Assembly: GCA_021613535.1 (NCBI GenBank)
Contig: CP075492.1
Coordinates: 310,001 to 374,000 of the forward strand
Source: Adineta vaga
Taxonomy: Eukaryota > Animalia > Rotifera
DNA length: 64,000 bases
Reading direction: 5' to 3'
Positions 13,401 to 25,400 of this stretch are shown here, one piece after another. The notes below the pieces were generated by a model, which saw only the letters and a program-made list of their open reading frames with translations, ran no database searches and was not told where the DNA came from. A program made the translations under genes and the position numbers. Position 1 is the first letter of the stretch; the number at the start of each line of letters is the position of its first letter.

Positions 13401-16400
13401 GGACGCACTCTCCCGAGTGATAGTTTCATGGGGTGTCTCTCTCTCTTTTACAAGTACGTTCAGTATTCATGCGAGTGGTAGCTAAGTACTCTCTTCAAAG
13501 ATGAGCTATGGATAAAAAATAAAAATATATGAGTGGCCTAAATCACTCCACAGTTATATCAGAAGTGCCTGTAAAGTATTTTTGAATACTTGAAATATTT
13601 AATACGATTATCCTTTAGAACTCTAATTGAAGTACAGAGTGAATTCGACGTTAAGTAGCGATCCAGTAAGTTTCAGCTTTTATATAGGAAATACTTCACC
13701 ATGTCTCTCTTTTGATATATATATATATATATTCACACTAATCCCTTCGTTTTCTTTAACAAAGAAAGTAAATGAACTACATATACTATAGGTAAAAGCA
13801 GAAGCAAACAAAATATATTCTCTATCAGAAACTAAAACGAACTAAATTTTGTCTTTCGAACACTCACAAATGAATCAAACAAATGTCAACTATGTATCTT
13901 TCATAGCTGCGATGGCTAAGTGCTTATGTTGTTTAAGATAAATTGAAACTATATTCTGTGCAAACATCAGTGGCATCATTCATAGAATAAATCTCAACAA
14001 ATCAAGAACGAAATACTTCTCATAATTCTTACACTAGGGCATGGGCTACAATGTTAGTCACGATTTTAGAGAGGAGGAGTGCAAATATCACTGTCTATAA
14101 AGAGAGAAAAGCTGTAGAGAGCAGTTTGATATGTAAATCATAACAATTATAGTTGTCATCTACACAAGACACGTCTGTGAAAGATTATTCGTCATATGCA
14201 CCTTCAACAACAAGATATTTTTAGTTCGAACAGAAACCTACCTTCACTTGTGATATTTGATTGTCGATCAAATATAACATCATCGATTTCCTTAGCTTCC
14301 TTCGGCAATATAAGATCAAGTTTCGATACAGCTGTCCCACACATGTTCACTTCATCCACTATTCCATTCGATACAAACAATTGTTCAATACAATACGAAA
14401 ATCGTTCACCTATATCTGTAACAGTTCCATCATCAAATAAATCATGAGAACATATAAAATACAATGATAATCTATTGTTTTGTAATGTTGGATTATAAAC
14501 AAATGTTAACATGAAATCAAATTTAGCTATTTCATCTGATTGTTCTAATGATACTTCTTCTAATTTTGTATCATTCATCGATAAGGAACTCTCACTTTCA
14601 GATAAAGTGATAAAATCGAACATTGTTTCCAAAAATGTAAGATTCGATTGGTTGGCATGAAAGTCATTAAGAATATGTTGAAGTGGATAATGAGAATGTT
14701 TAAGTATTGATAAACACATTTCTCTTACAGAATGAAAAACTTCATCAAATGACCAATCTCCATTGAGTTGAATACGATATGGTAATGTTGCTACAAACAT
14801 TCCTATCATATTATACAATTCAGATCGATATCGATTGGCATTTATACTACCAACACATAAATCAGTTTGATTGTGAGATAATTTAAATAGAAATACATAA
14901 AATATCGATAGTCCAAGTTGAAAAAATGTAAGATGATGTGATGATGCATAGTTTAGAAATGATGTACATGTAACATCATTTAGTATTATTTGAGTTGTAG
15001 CACCTAAGCCAGATCGATGATGAATTGATGAACGAGATCGATCATATGGTAATGATAATGAATGTTGAAGATCACATCCTTGAAGTTGAGAATACCAAAA
15101 CTCACGAGATAAGGTCATATCCATGACATGTTCATGAACAGAATAATCAACATATTGAAATGAATTGTCATCTAGAGATAGCGAACTATGATCTTGATAA
15201 GCAAGAGAAAGATCACGAATAAAGATTGATGTTGATGCACCATCAAAGAAAGCATGATGAACAGTAAATAATATTAAATCATCTCTATTCAACATATCAT
15301 CTTCTTCATTTGAACTGTGTGTGTGAGAACGAAGAATATGACAATTAATGACATGTCCTTTTGATAAATCAAATAAATCACATTTATTCAAGATTCTCTT
15401 CACAATTTCATTCATATCGCCATCTTCTCTGGAAACATTCACTATTGAAAACCAAATGTTTCACTATTATTGCTTAAAGTATTCATATCTCGACAATCTT
15501 GTACAATAATACCATTTTGATCAAGATAAAGTGCTGTTCTCAGAATCTGATGTTTTCTAATGATACATTGATATGCATGATATAATCGTGAAATTGATAT
15601 ATGATGGTCATTTATCGATGATAGACGATATATTAATGGAATAACATACATATTTGTATTGTTATCTGTCGAAGAAGAAGAAGAAGAAGAAGAAGAAAAT
15701 CGAATATTTTCATCTAAGAAAATGCGTTCTTGAGCAAAGGATGCTTTCGCTAAAGTGAGAAATAGAATGTGGTTATTAGAGTATTTTTGAGATTATATTT
15801 GTTACCTGTAAGGATATTTAATGAATGCCAAGAATGATCATCTTTACTCAATTCGGTATTGAGAATCTGATGAATAAGTTTTGCATGATCAATGATAGTT
15901 GGATGTTGAAATAGATCAGTAATAGCAATGGAATTTATTTCTAATCGAAATTCTACTTTATAGTGATGTAGAAGTTGCATAATAATTAATGAATGGCCAC
16001 CAATAGAGAATATGTTTGTATTAGTAGAGATTTGTTTTTGTTTCAATAGATCACACCATATATGATGAATAATAGATTCAATTTTATTTGTTGGTTCTAC
16101 TAAATCGTTAGTATTGTTGAGTTTAGTTGAAGAGAGAACAAGGGAATCAGGTGAGGGCAATCGTTTTCGATCAATTTTTCCATTTGGATTGAGAGGTAAT
16201 TTATCAAGAATAATGAAATAAGATGGAATCATATGCGGTGGAAGATGTGATTGACAATATTCATGTAATTCTTTTTCACTAACGACTGAACTTTGAACAT
16301 AAGCAACTAAATGATCTTCACCCCATTTCACCACAACACAAGTAGATATCGATGTAATACTAAGTAGGCATCGTTCAATTTCACCAAGTTCAATCCTTTG

Positions 16401-19400
16401 TCCATGTAGTTTGATTTGAAAATCTTTTCTTCCTTGATAATAGATACGACCATTATGGTCTATTTTGGCAAGATCACCAGTTCGATAAAATAACATATCA
16501 TCGATATAAATTACTGCTTTCGATGTTAAATCATCGCGTTCAAGATAGCCAGCAAAGACGCCTACTCCACCGATAAATAGCTCTCCTTCTTCGTTGAGCA
16601 TCACACTCTGGAAGTGCTCATTCAAAATTGTTAGACGATAATTCAGCAGCGGCCGACCTATTGGAACACCTTCACTTTCGATAGTGCAATGCAAAAGATA
16701 ACTAGTACAAGCAATAGTAGATTCTGCTGGGCCATATAGATTCCAGATGTTACAGCTTACTATGCTGATGCTGGAAATTAAGTTTAATAAACTTGAATTA
16801 AATGCATCTCCTGTTAAAGCAGAAAACTAGCCCGATGATATAGCAATAAACATATAGTCCGCAACTCACCGATGCTACAGACTGACCGAAGATGTTTAGC
16901 AACATGACCAAGCCTGTAATCCCATATGTACTTGAAAAAACTGACAAGTAAACTAGGAACAGTGTGTATGTATGTAGTTTGTTTGTCGTGTAACACCCTC
17001 GATAGATAATCAAAGTCAATAGTTCCTCTCGGATGAAGCATAATTAATGTAGCACCTTTCGAGAGAATACCAAGTATCTCTTGAACATGAATATCGAAGG
17101 AACATCGTGCCATTTGTACTGCAGTATCTTCTTTATTAAACGAGCCTATGAAGGTCAAAGAATGCATACATTCATTGAAACTGCCATGTCGAACTTGAGC
17201 CTAAAAAGACAAAGAGAAAGAGAAATTCAACAAAAAGAAACAATGAACGCGCACCGCTTTCGGTACCCCAGTTGAGCCACTTGTGAATATGACGTATGCA
17301 ATGTTTTCTGGTATCACTACAATGTTTGACAACTGTTCAAAGTGTATATCATTTTGTGTGTTATTATTAGTCAATATCAAATCAACATTGACTAAGATAT
17401 TTTCATCATATTGCTTATTCCTTGTTAACCAATGCACAAGGACAAGACGACTATGAGTCTGTTCTACAAGCGTATGTAAACGATGTGGTGGATCTCGCGG
17501 TGATAATGGACAATATACACCACCTGCCATTTCAATTGCCATTATACCGATGACCTAGAGTGAAGAACAATCTTTCACTGATAATAACAGATACTTTTCT
17601 GATTCATCTACTTACCATTGATATACTTCTCTCCACACACTGACAAACAATATCACCAACTTTTACATCATATTGGTTCAGTAAAGTCAAAGACAATACC
17701 TGAACATAATACAACAGTTCACAATATGTCAACGATTGTTCATCTAATTCTACAGCTAACTTTTGTGAATATATCATTGCTTTGGAAACAAATTCATGAT
17801 GAATACAGTTGACAGATGCAAATGATATTTGTGTATTATTCATTGATTGTACAAGTAATTGTTCATATGGCAATGTTAATGAGAATTCATACAGTGGTTT
17901 CTTCGCTTGACTATGAATAGATGTTGACAACTGACACAACATTAAATGAAATTGCTGTGAAATCTTATTCACAGTTTCCACGTGAAACAAATCCAATGAT
18001 GCATCGATTGTACATGAAAGTTCATTAGGATCCAAAGTATGATGAAAAGTGAGAATAAAATCAAATTTACTCATCACTTCATCTTCACTAATCTCAATCG
18101 AATATGGTGCTAAAATAAGTTCATTATCACCAAGATTTACTTTGTCTTGATCGTCATTTGTCATCGATGTTATAAACTGGAATGATGTATCAAGAAATGC
18201 AGGATTTGATAGATGAGGATGTTGTGCAAGAATACGTTGAAGTGGAAAATATGAATATTTCATACTATTTGTCATCAAGACTCGCATTTGTTGAGTGAAT
18301 TGATGAAACGAAGAATGAGGATCAAATTGACATCGAAGAGGAATAGCATTGACAAACATTCCAATTAGAGATCTAAATTCATCTCGATAACGTCCATCTG
18401 TATTCATTCCAATGCATAGATCTTGTTCTCCATTGGTTAATTTGAATAAGAAGATGAAATAAGTCATGAGTGACAAATATTCAAGTGACATGTTATTTGT
18501 CGATGCATATGTGAGAAAGTATTGTGAAAGATCTTGTCCAAAGTCAAACGAAATAGATGTTCCACGACCAGTTCGATGTTCACTTGCAAGACGATATCGA
18601 TCATAGGGTAATGATAGAGATTGATCGAGTTTACTATTATGTAGAGCATCAAGCCAAAACATTTCTGCACCAGTCATTGGCATTTGTTGTTCGATAGCAG
18701 CATCTATATAGAAGAACAAGTGACAAATGAGAAAGAAAACGTGCGATGTTGAGGATGTATACTTACAATCAAGATAACGAAGGTTCGTTTCATCATTGTT
18801 GTCGTTAAGTAATTGACTTGTTGTATATGCTTGATTAAGATCATGAAGAAATATATGCATTGATGGAAAATCAAATGCTGCATGATGAAAATTGAAGATG
18901 ATTATATCTTTATGATGAAGTAGATGATCGGAAGAGATGTGTTTGTAATAGACAAGATGACATCGAAAGACAAGACCTTGAGTAAGATTGAAGAGTTGAG
19001 GATTTCGTTTTTCTTCATGTATGATATTGTTGAGTTGTTGTTGTGTTTCATAAGTACTCTCAATAAATGTAAATAATGTCTTTTGATCTGTGGTAATGTC
19101 TATGATTCGTTGCATCAATATATTTTTATTTGTGTCGAAAATGAATGCTGTATGAAGTGCAAGATGTTTGTCGATAGTGAGATAGAGTGCATGTTGAAGT
19201 TGTTTCACTGATATAGTATTGTTTGTAGAAAGGTGATAAACGAAAGGCATGTTATAGATTGCTACTTGTGGTTGATCAAGATCGAATCGCATCTGTTCAC
19301 CGAGCCAAATGCGAGCTTGTGCATATGATGCTGGTGCTATAGTTTAGAAGAATTATTTTAGTTTTTATTTGTGTCATGTCGATGAGAGTACGAAGGGTGT

Positions 19401-21398
19401 GATTTTTTTTAGCCAACATTCTGTTTCTCGCTGAAAGGTTTAGAAACAAGTATAAAATCTCAGATTCAAGGGAAGAGAAAATTGGGTGATGATGGAAATG
19501 GATGGGTGACAACAGGCACAGCTTGGTACAATATTTCATCTGAAGCTTCATTCATGTAGTTTCCAAAGAACTTTAACTCAACTGAAATCAGAAATCGCTC
19601 TTATCCTCTATTTTCACTGTTCAAATGTTTATGAATCACAATGTGGATCAGACTCGATTGTATGACCATTTTTATTAGGTTTGTCCGTTTGCTTAGTTTG
19701 TAGCGAATTATATCCTCTAAGATATTATCGACAAAGATTTTAATGAAAGATTGGTATTATATGTCTATATTAGTCCGTCACCGTGAGTATCAACATTATC
19801 TAATCGAAATAAAAGAATATACCTTCATTTTCAATAGTTTGTAATCTAAAAAAGACAGCTCTTTTTATTTCGTCTATATCTTCTGGTAAGACGAGTGATA
19901 GTTGGTAAATAGGCATGTCAGAGTGTCTAGTAATTGAGTTATCGAGTGCTTGAGAACCGAAAAGTTGCGTCAGTATGTGTTTAAAACGCTTTGCAAGTAG
20001 ATCAACATCAGTTTGATTTTGATATATATCAGCCGAACAATCAAAAAAACATTCGATACTCTTTGCATGATGATCATGTGATATTGTAAGAAAGGTATCA
20101 AATGCCACTACTCCATTTCCATGGAGTCGATCTCGATCAAAATACATACCGAGATCAATATCACCATCTATAGTGAATTCTTTATTATTTTTTGCTGTTA
20201 ATGATGACACTAATGATTCATATTGAAATAATATTGATGGTAATGCTTGTTGGTCTCGTTGTTCATATGAATTAATAATATGCTGATAAGGTAAATAAGC
20301 ATGTTCTAGAATATTGTTACTTAATTCTTGTACTTTTCGTGTAAGATAACTAAATGAACCTTCTGGTTCCATTTTCATTCGATATGGCACAACGTTAACA
20401 AACATTCCGATCATATTTTCCATTCCTTGAGATCGATTTGCCATAACACTTGCTATACATAAATCATTTTTATCATCATCATTGACTAATTTCATTAATA
20501 ATATATAATAGCAAGCAAGACATAATGAAAACATAGTAATATTATTTTCTGTAGCATATAGTGCCATTCCGTCAACAAGCTGTTGATCTAAAGTAAATGC
20601 AACTGAGTAGCTACGACCAAATGATTTTTTATTTGTTTTATTTTTATTAGATATAAAATCTTGTGTTTTAGTCCAATCGTATCCATTCATAAGATTGGAC
20701 CAAAATCGACGTGCTTTATTCATTTTAGAATCTGTACTTGTATCAGCTAACATTGCCTGTTCATATAATGCAACGTCGATATATTGTGGAATCAACAATG
20801 TTGGTTGCTGATGACGATTAATCCAACAAGCTTGTTTAAATGCTTGAATAAATGGTTTAGCTGAATTAGCATCCAATGCGATATGGTGAAAACTAATAAC
20901 AATTAGATCATTTTCATGTAATGATACGTCATGATAATCGTCAGTTCGTTCTATTATGTGACATCGTAAAACTTTTCCTTTTTCCATATCGAAATGTTTT
21001 CGAACAGACTCATTTGTAAGAAGACGATCGAGTTCTTCTAATGTTGCAACATTTCTTGAATGTTCAAATGAATAAATAGCATCAACAAGAGGAAGAATGT
21101 ATTGTTTGATTTGATTAGTTTCCGGATCAAAACGAACAGCAGTACGAAAAACCATGTATTGTTCAATTAATATAAGTAAAATCGAATGGATACGTTCGAT
21201 TAGTAATGAACCTCTTTTGATTATGAATGGTACTATAAGATTATAGACCGATAAATCAGAAGATTCAAAATTAATCTTTTCATGAAGCCATATTCGTTGT
21301 TGAGCCAATGAAGCAATAGTTTCTGTTCGACCTGAAATTGTGAGTTTTGGTTGTTTACGTACTTTTGTTTCGTTTATGACATATTGACGTGAAAACAT
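1..21398 (-). CDS. Multi-exon, multimodular nonribosomal peptide synthetase (C-C-A-T-C-C-A-T-C-C-A...), continuing past the left window edge
   Basis: The ORF fragments join in frame across GT-AG introns at 19822-19337, 18766-18704, 17615-17555, 17254-17201, 16869-16811, 15805-15750, 14241-13341, 12770-12708, 11616-11559, 11258-11205, 10876-10829, 9823-9768, 8259-2609, 2038-1976, 884-824, 523-462 and 130-74. C motifs: ASxAQxRIW/F and HHxxxD. A motifs: YIIFTSGSTGVPK, NLYGPAE, YRTGD, GRKDFQIKLHGQRIELGEIE and NPNGKIDRK. T motif: IFSIGGHSL. There are two 1-nt homopolymer deletions, at ~15449 and ~8941. Confidence 0.9.
3005..7749 (+). mobile_element. P-superfamily DNA transposon (4745 bp) inserted in an NRPS intron
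   Basis: TIRs CAAGGGGGAAAAAGCG (3005-3020) and CGCTTTTTCCCCCTCG (7734-7749). 8-bp TSD ACTAATCC at 2997-3004 and 7750-7757. The empty site with a single ACTAATCC is visible in the paralogous intron at ~13737. Subterminal TTAAATCA arrays at both ends. Confidence 0.93.
3875..7205 (+). CDS. P-element/THAP9-type transposase, 3 exons (3875-5038, 5631-5945, 6144-7205), ~846 aa
   Basis: Phase-0 GT-AG introns join the three ORFs with no stops. P-transposase-like motifs: AYEFIR..IPGS.SSL.SLR, FSTDCD, QDGVHICTKLRNRLL, DKQNY and SQICEQTFRAARS. Confidence 0.82.
8260..9767 (-). CDS. NRPS extra condensation domain exon (copy b; 1-nt deletion near 8941)
   Basis: Near-identical to 14242-15749, including a (GAA)9 poly-Ser tract. 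Contains HHAFFDGAS. Confidence 0.85.
9824..13340 (-). CDS. NRPS module 2: C-A-T (5 exons)
   Basis: C domain with HHAAFDFPS. A domain with TYDVHTME, SLCFGGE and YNIYAPAETTVV. The T domain (GGHSL) has the same protein sequence as in module 1. Confidence 0.88.
14242..15749 (-). CDS. NRPS extra condensation domain encoded by one phase 1-1 exon (copy a; 1-nt deletion near 15449)
   Basis: ASFAQERIFL...HHAFFDGAS...MIGMFVATLPYR. The exon is 1508 nt, or 1509 (3n) after restoring the A that is present in copy b. Confidence 0.85.
15806..19336 (-). CDS. NRPS module 1: C-A-T (5 exons)
   Basis: C domain with HHAAFDFPS. A domain with SFDIHVQE, SVCSIGDA and WNLYGPAESTIA. T domain with GGHSL. Confidence 0.88.
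19823..21398 (-). CDS. NRPS first exon: N-terminal (putative starter) condensation domain
   Basis: Motifs ASLAQQRIWL, HHIALDANS, QYIDVA and MIGMFVNVVPYR. It ends at GAAG|GTATATT, a phase-1 donor at the same position as in the later C exons. It is not similar at DNA level to the repeated C exons. Confidence 0.85.
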
Positions 21399-22495
21399 TT
21401 TTCAGGAAAATAAATCAATAAATTTTGATTAATTGAAAAAATGAATTGAAGAAGCTTAACAAAATCTAAAAGTTTAAAATAAGATTATAAAAACGAAATA
21501 GATATTTCGATTTCATTCGACTCCTATTAGAATACATGAGACAATAAAACATAAAAACTAATTGAATTATTGTGATATTATAATAAATATTCTAAAATAA
21601 GCATTAGTTTAGTATTATTAGTGAATTCAATAATCAAAATACATTTTAACTAAAAAGATATTTCGGCAGAAAATATCGCATTATTAAAATAAACATAAAA
21701 TACCACAGACAAAAGCACAAATATTGTCCTTTGTTGTTAGCGTCATTGGATATTACTTCATGACGCTACCTTCTACATAGTTGTTTTCTTTCTTTTCTAT
21801 ACATATATATACACATATATATGTATATCTTCTTTCTCTTTCTTTCCTGTCGTCTTTTAGTTTTCGTTGATTATCATGTCCGTTCTCATGATGATTTCTG
21901 TGATTGTATTTCTTCTTTGTTTTCTTCTCTTTTCTATTTTTTTTCTCAGATCATCTCTGATCTGTATTTATATTATTGTTTTTCTTTTTCTCTCGTCAGT
22001 CTTTTGTTATCATTTTCTTTAGTGTTTTATTTGATTTCATCCAATAAAACACCATTATCATCTTTCCTCATCTCATCCACATCTATTTCTTCATCTCCTC
22101 ATCCATTCCAGTCATCTCCGGTAGGATATTTGACGTGATTCTTGATTTCACATCAGATCATACTTTCGTATAGTTGTTCAGCTTACGATACATTCGTTAG
22201 CTGGAGATTCATCTTCATCCCCTGATATAAGAGACTCACATTTGTCAATAAAATTTACAGAGAGTATCTTTGAAACAATTTTGTTTTGATATAATTTTTG
22301 AAGAATGCTAAACTTCCTAACACTGATTTAGCATTTTTCTGAGTTTATGAAATTTACTTTAGAGTTCTCGGGTTTTAATGACATAGAATCTTATGACTAC
22401 TTTTACAGTGCGATGTTTGCTAGGTGTTAAGATTAGTATATGAAAAAGAGTACAGACTAACTGATTATTGATCTATGTTCGAATGATTAAAAAAT

Positions 22496-25400
22496 TTAAT
22501 TTTGATCATTTAAGAGGAATAGCTGAGCATCGACAATACCAGAATGAGTTTTTAATTGTTCTAACATTGCATTGGCAATATTTTCTTCTTGATGTTTCTG
22601 AATAGCCACTAATTGATAAGGACCGAGTGGTTGAATACGACGCATTTGTGAAATTAGTTCTTGAGCACATGCTGATATGATATTAGTACTAGATGATTCC
22701 GTAATTGAAGGCATTTGTAACATATAAATAGTTTTGCTCGATAGTTTACTAATGAAAAATTTTGAAAGATTATCAATATTAGCATTTCTTGCTGTGTCGA
22801 TAATACAAAAATAAATAGAAGAACTGCTATTTTGTTGTGATTTTTGAAGACAAATAACATTGTCTATACCAGTAAATGTTGAATTAGTAGATAATTTAAT
22901 ATCATTTTCATTAATAATATCAATATCTGTATCACTTTCTTTCGTATTTGATGAAGTAACCTGTTGTCGTCGTGTATGAAGTTTGTCATAAACTAATGTT
23001 GCAATTGATTCAATTGAAAGTCCTTGAAGTAGATCAGCTATTGGTATAAAAATACTTGTTTCTTGTCCTAACCAATTATATAATGATATGGCAGCTAATG
23101 AATCCATACCTTGACTAATAAGTGATTTATCAATTAAAATATGATCATTCGTAGATGCACCTAAAAGTCGCGTTACAGTTTTCTGTATTCGTTCAATAAT
23201 AGTCTCTTTTCGATTATAATCAAAATCGTTTGTTTTATTTATTTCTGACGATGATAATATATCATTCAATTTCATTGCAAGAGAACGCTTTTCAACAATT
23301 TCAGTCAAATAAGATGTTGCTAAATTATGACGATTTTTATATAATAATTTCCAATTAACAGCAAAAATAACTGGATAGGAAGATATATATTTATATTTAT
23401 GAATACGTTCAATTAATTCAAATACACTTATTGTCGGTACCATATCAAAACCTTCTGCCATTTTTAAAGTAATAAGTGTATCACGATGTCGATGAAACAT
23501 TCCAGCACCACTAACAGCTGGTAAGCTAATTGAAAGAGCTGGTAAATTAAGTTCTTTCATACGATAATTTGCAAGTGTATCAAGAAATTGGTTACCAGCA
23601 TTATAACCACCAGATGATATGTCAAGTAAATGGTTTCGAATTGATGAAAACATAATAAAAAAGTGAATTGGTGTATGAGTAAGTTGTGTTGCTTGATGAA
23701 GATTCCAAGCACCACGAACTTTAGCTGGTAAAACACGTGAGAAATAATCTTGTGTTAAATTATATAAACTACGATCTTCTGATACAACAGCACTATGAAT
23801 AATACCTCGAACAGGATAAGATGTTTGATTAAATTTTTCAATTAAATTATAAACTTGTTGAAAATTTGTTACATCAACTTGAACAACATCAACCTGAGCA
23901 TGATATTTATTGATTGTCTGTTTTAATCGTAACCAATCATTATATTGTGGATTAGAAGGTTGTTCAAGTTCAATTAATGTTCGACGGCTCATAAGTGCTA
24001 TGTGCTTAACACCCCGCTTTTCTATCATCCAACGAGACATTGTTAAACCAAGACCACCAAAACCGCCAGATATAAGAATTGTTCCATGATTACATACATC
24101 CGAAGAAAACATTTCATCATTATTATCTAAAAATATTTATTAAATATAACAAAATAGGAAAACTAGAAATTACCTTCAATCAGAATTATGCCGATTAGAA
24201 TTGCTTAGTATTCAATGCATAGTGGTTCATCAGAGTTAGTTAATCGAATAACAGTTTTTGCCTATAATATTCCACTACTCAGTCTTGTCATAAATGCTTC
24301 GATTATCTTGGAGTTGGCTCATAAATGACTGTTGATTCAACTTGGTTTTAATCTACCTTGAACAATTAAATCCATCATTTCTTGTAACATTTTGTGCAAA
24401 TACAATTTAGTTGTGAGAGGGCGAGCGAAACCAAATCAATACATGTAAGCTACAGTCTGATCGCAATTCAAACATAGATAAATCAGTTTTACCAAAAATA
24501 TCTCGTTTACCCCATTCAATAAAATGACCATGATATGCAAGTAATTTCATAGACTCTTTTAATAATGAACCTGATAATGAATTAACAATAATGTCAACAC
24601 CATTAGGTAAAATATGCAGTATATCATCAACAAAACTCATATTTCGACTATTAAATACATGTTCAATACCATAATATTCACGAAGAAAACGTCGTTTTTC
24701 TTCTGTTCCAGCTGTGGCTATAATTCGAGCACCAATTAGTTGACAATATTGAATACACATTTGACCAGCAGCTCCTGTTGCAGCATGAATAAGAATTGTT
24801 TGATTACGATGAAGATTAGCACGATATTTAAGTGAATAAATAACTGTCATACATGGAACAGGCATACCTGATAACTGTTCATAAGTAAGAGGACATTCTG
24901 CTGGTATACGTATTATATTGATCGAATCAACAATAACATGTGAATGAAATACACCATCAGTAGAGATACCTAAAATATTATCACCTACTTGATATTTAGT
25001 AGTAGGACATGCACGTACAACAGTACCAACAAAATCTGAACCCGGTTCAGTATCTCGATTAACTAATGGTTGATCTTGATCAGATTGTGCAAAAATACGC
25101 GTATGAGGATAAAGACCACGTGCTTTGAGTACATCACGGAAATTAATACCAACACTATGAATACGAACTTCAATCTTGCCTGGTGGTAATTCATGAATTC
25201 TATTCTCTTTAATCCATGTTAAATCAGCAAGAAAACGAGATGTTGGTACACAAAGACGAAATGGATGTTGATCAGCATCTTGCTGAGGAATAATAGGAAT
25301 AGCTTCTAGTTTATTCATTTCAAGATTATCATCATTTACTTGTTGTAACATTTCATAATGCCATGTTATATATTTGATTTGATTTTGATTTTGATTTGTA

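Larger units (their letters stand above)
2609..19340. repeat. Tandem ~6 kb NRPS module duplication: unit 13341-19340 vs unit 7750-13340 plus 2609-3004, with a third partial unit to the left
   Basis: Long near-identical stretches that include intron sequence: 13341-13740 vs 2609-3000, 13740-14190 vs 7750-8200, 14242-16433 vs 8260-10451, and 11617-13340 vs 885-2608. Confidence 0.95.

Noticed and set aside
7750-19340. Tandem repeat as an assembly duplication artefact
   Set aside because: The copies have different A-cores, many substitutions and a copy-specific transposon insertion.
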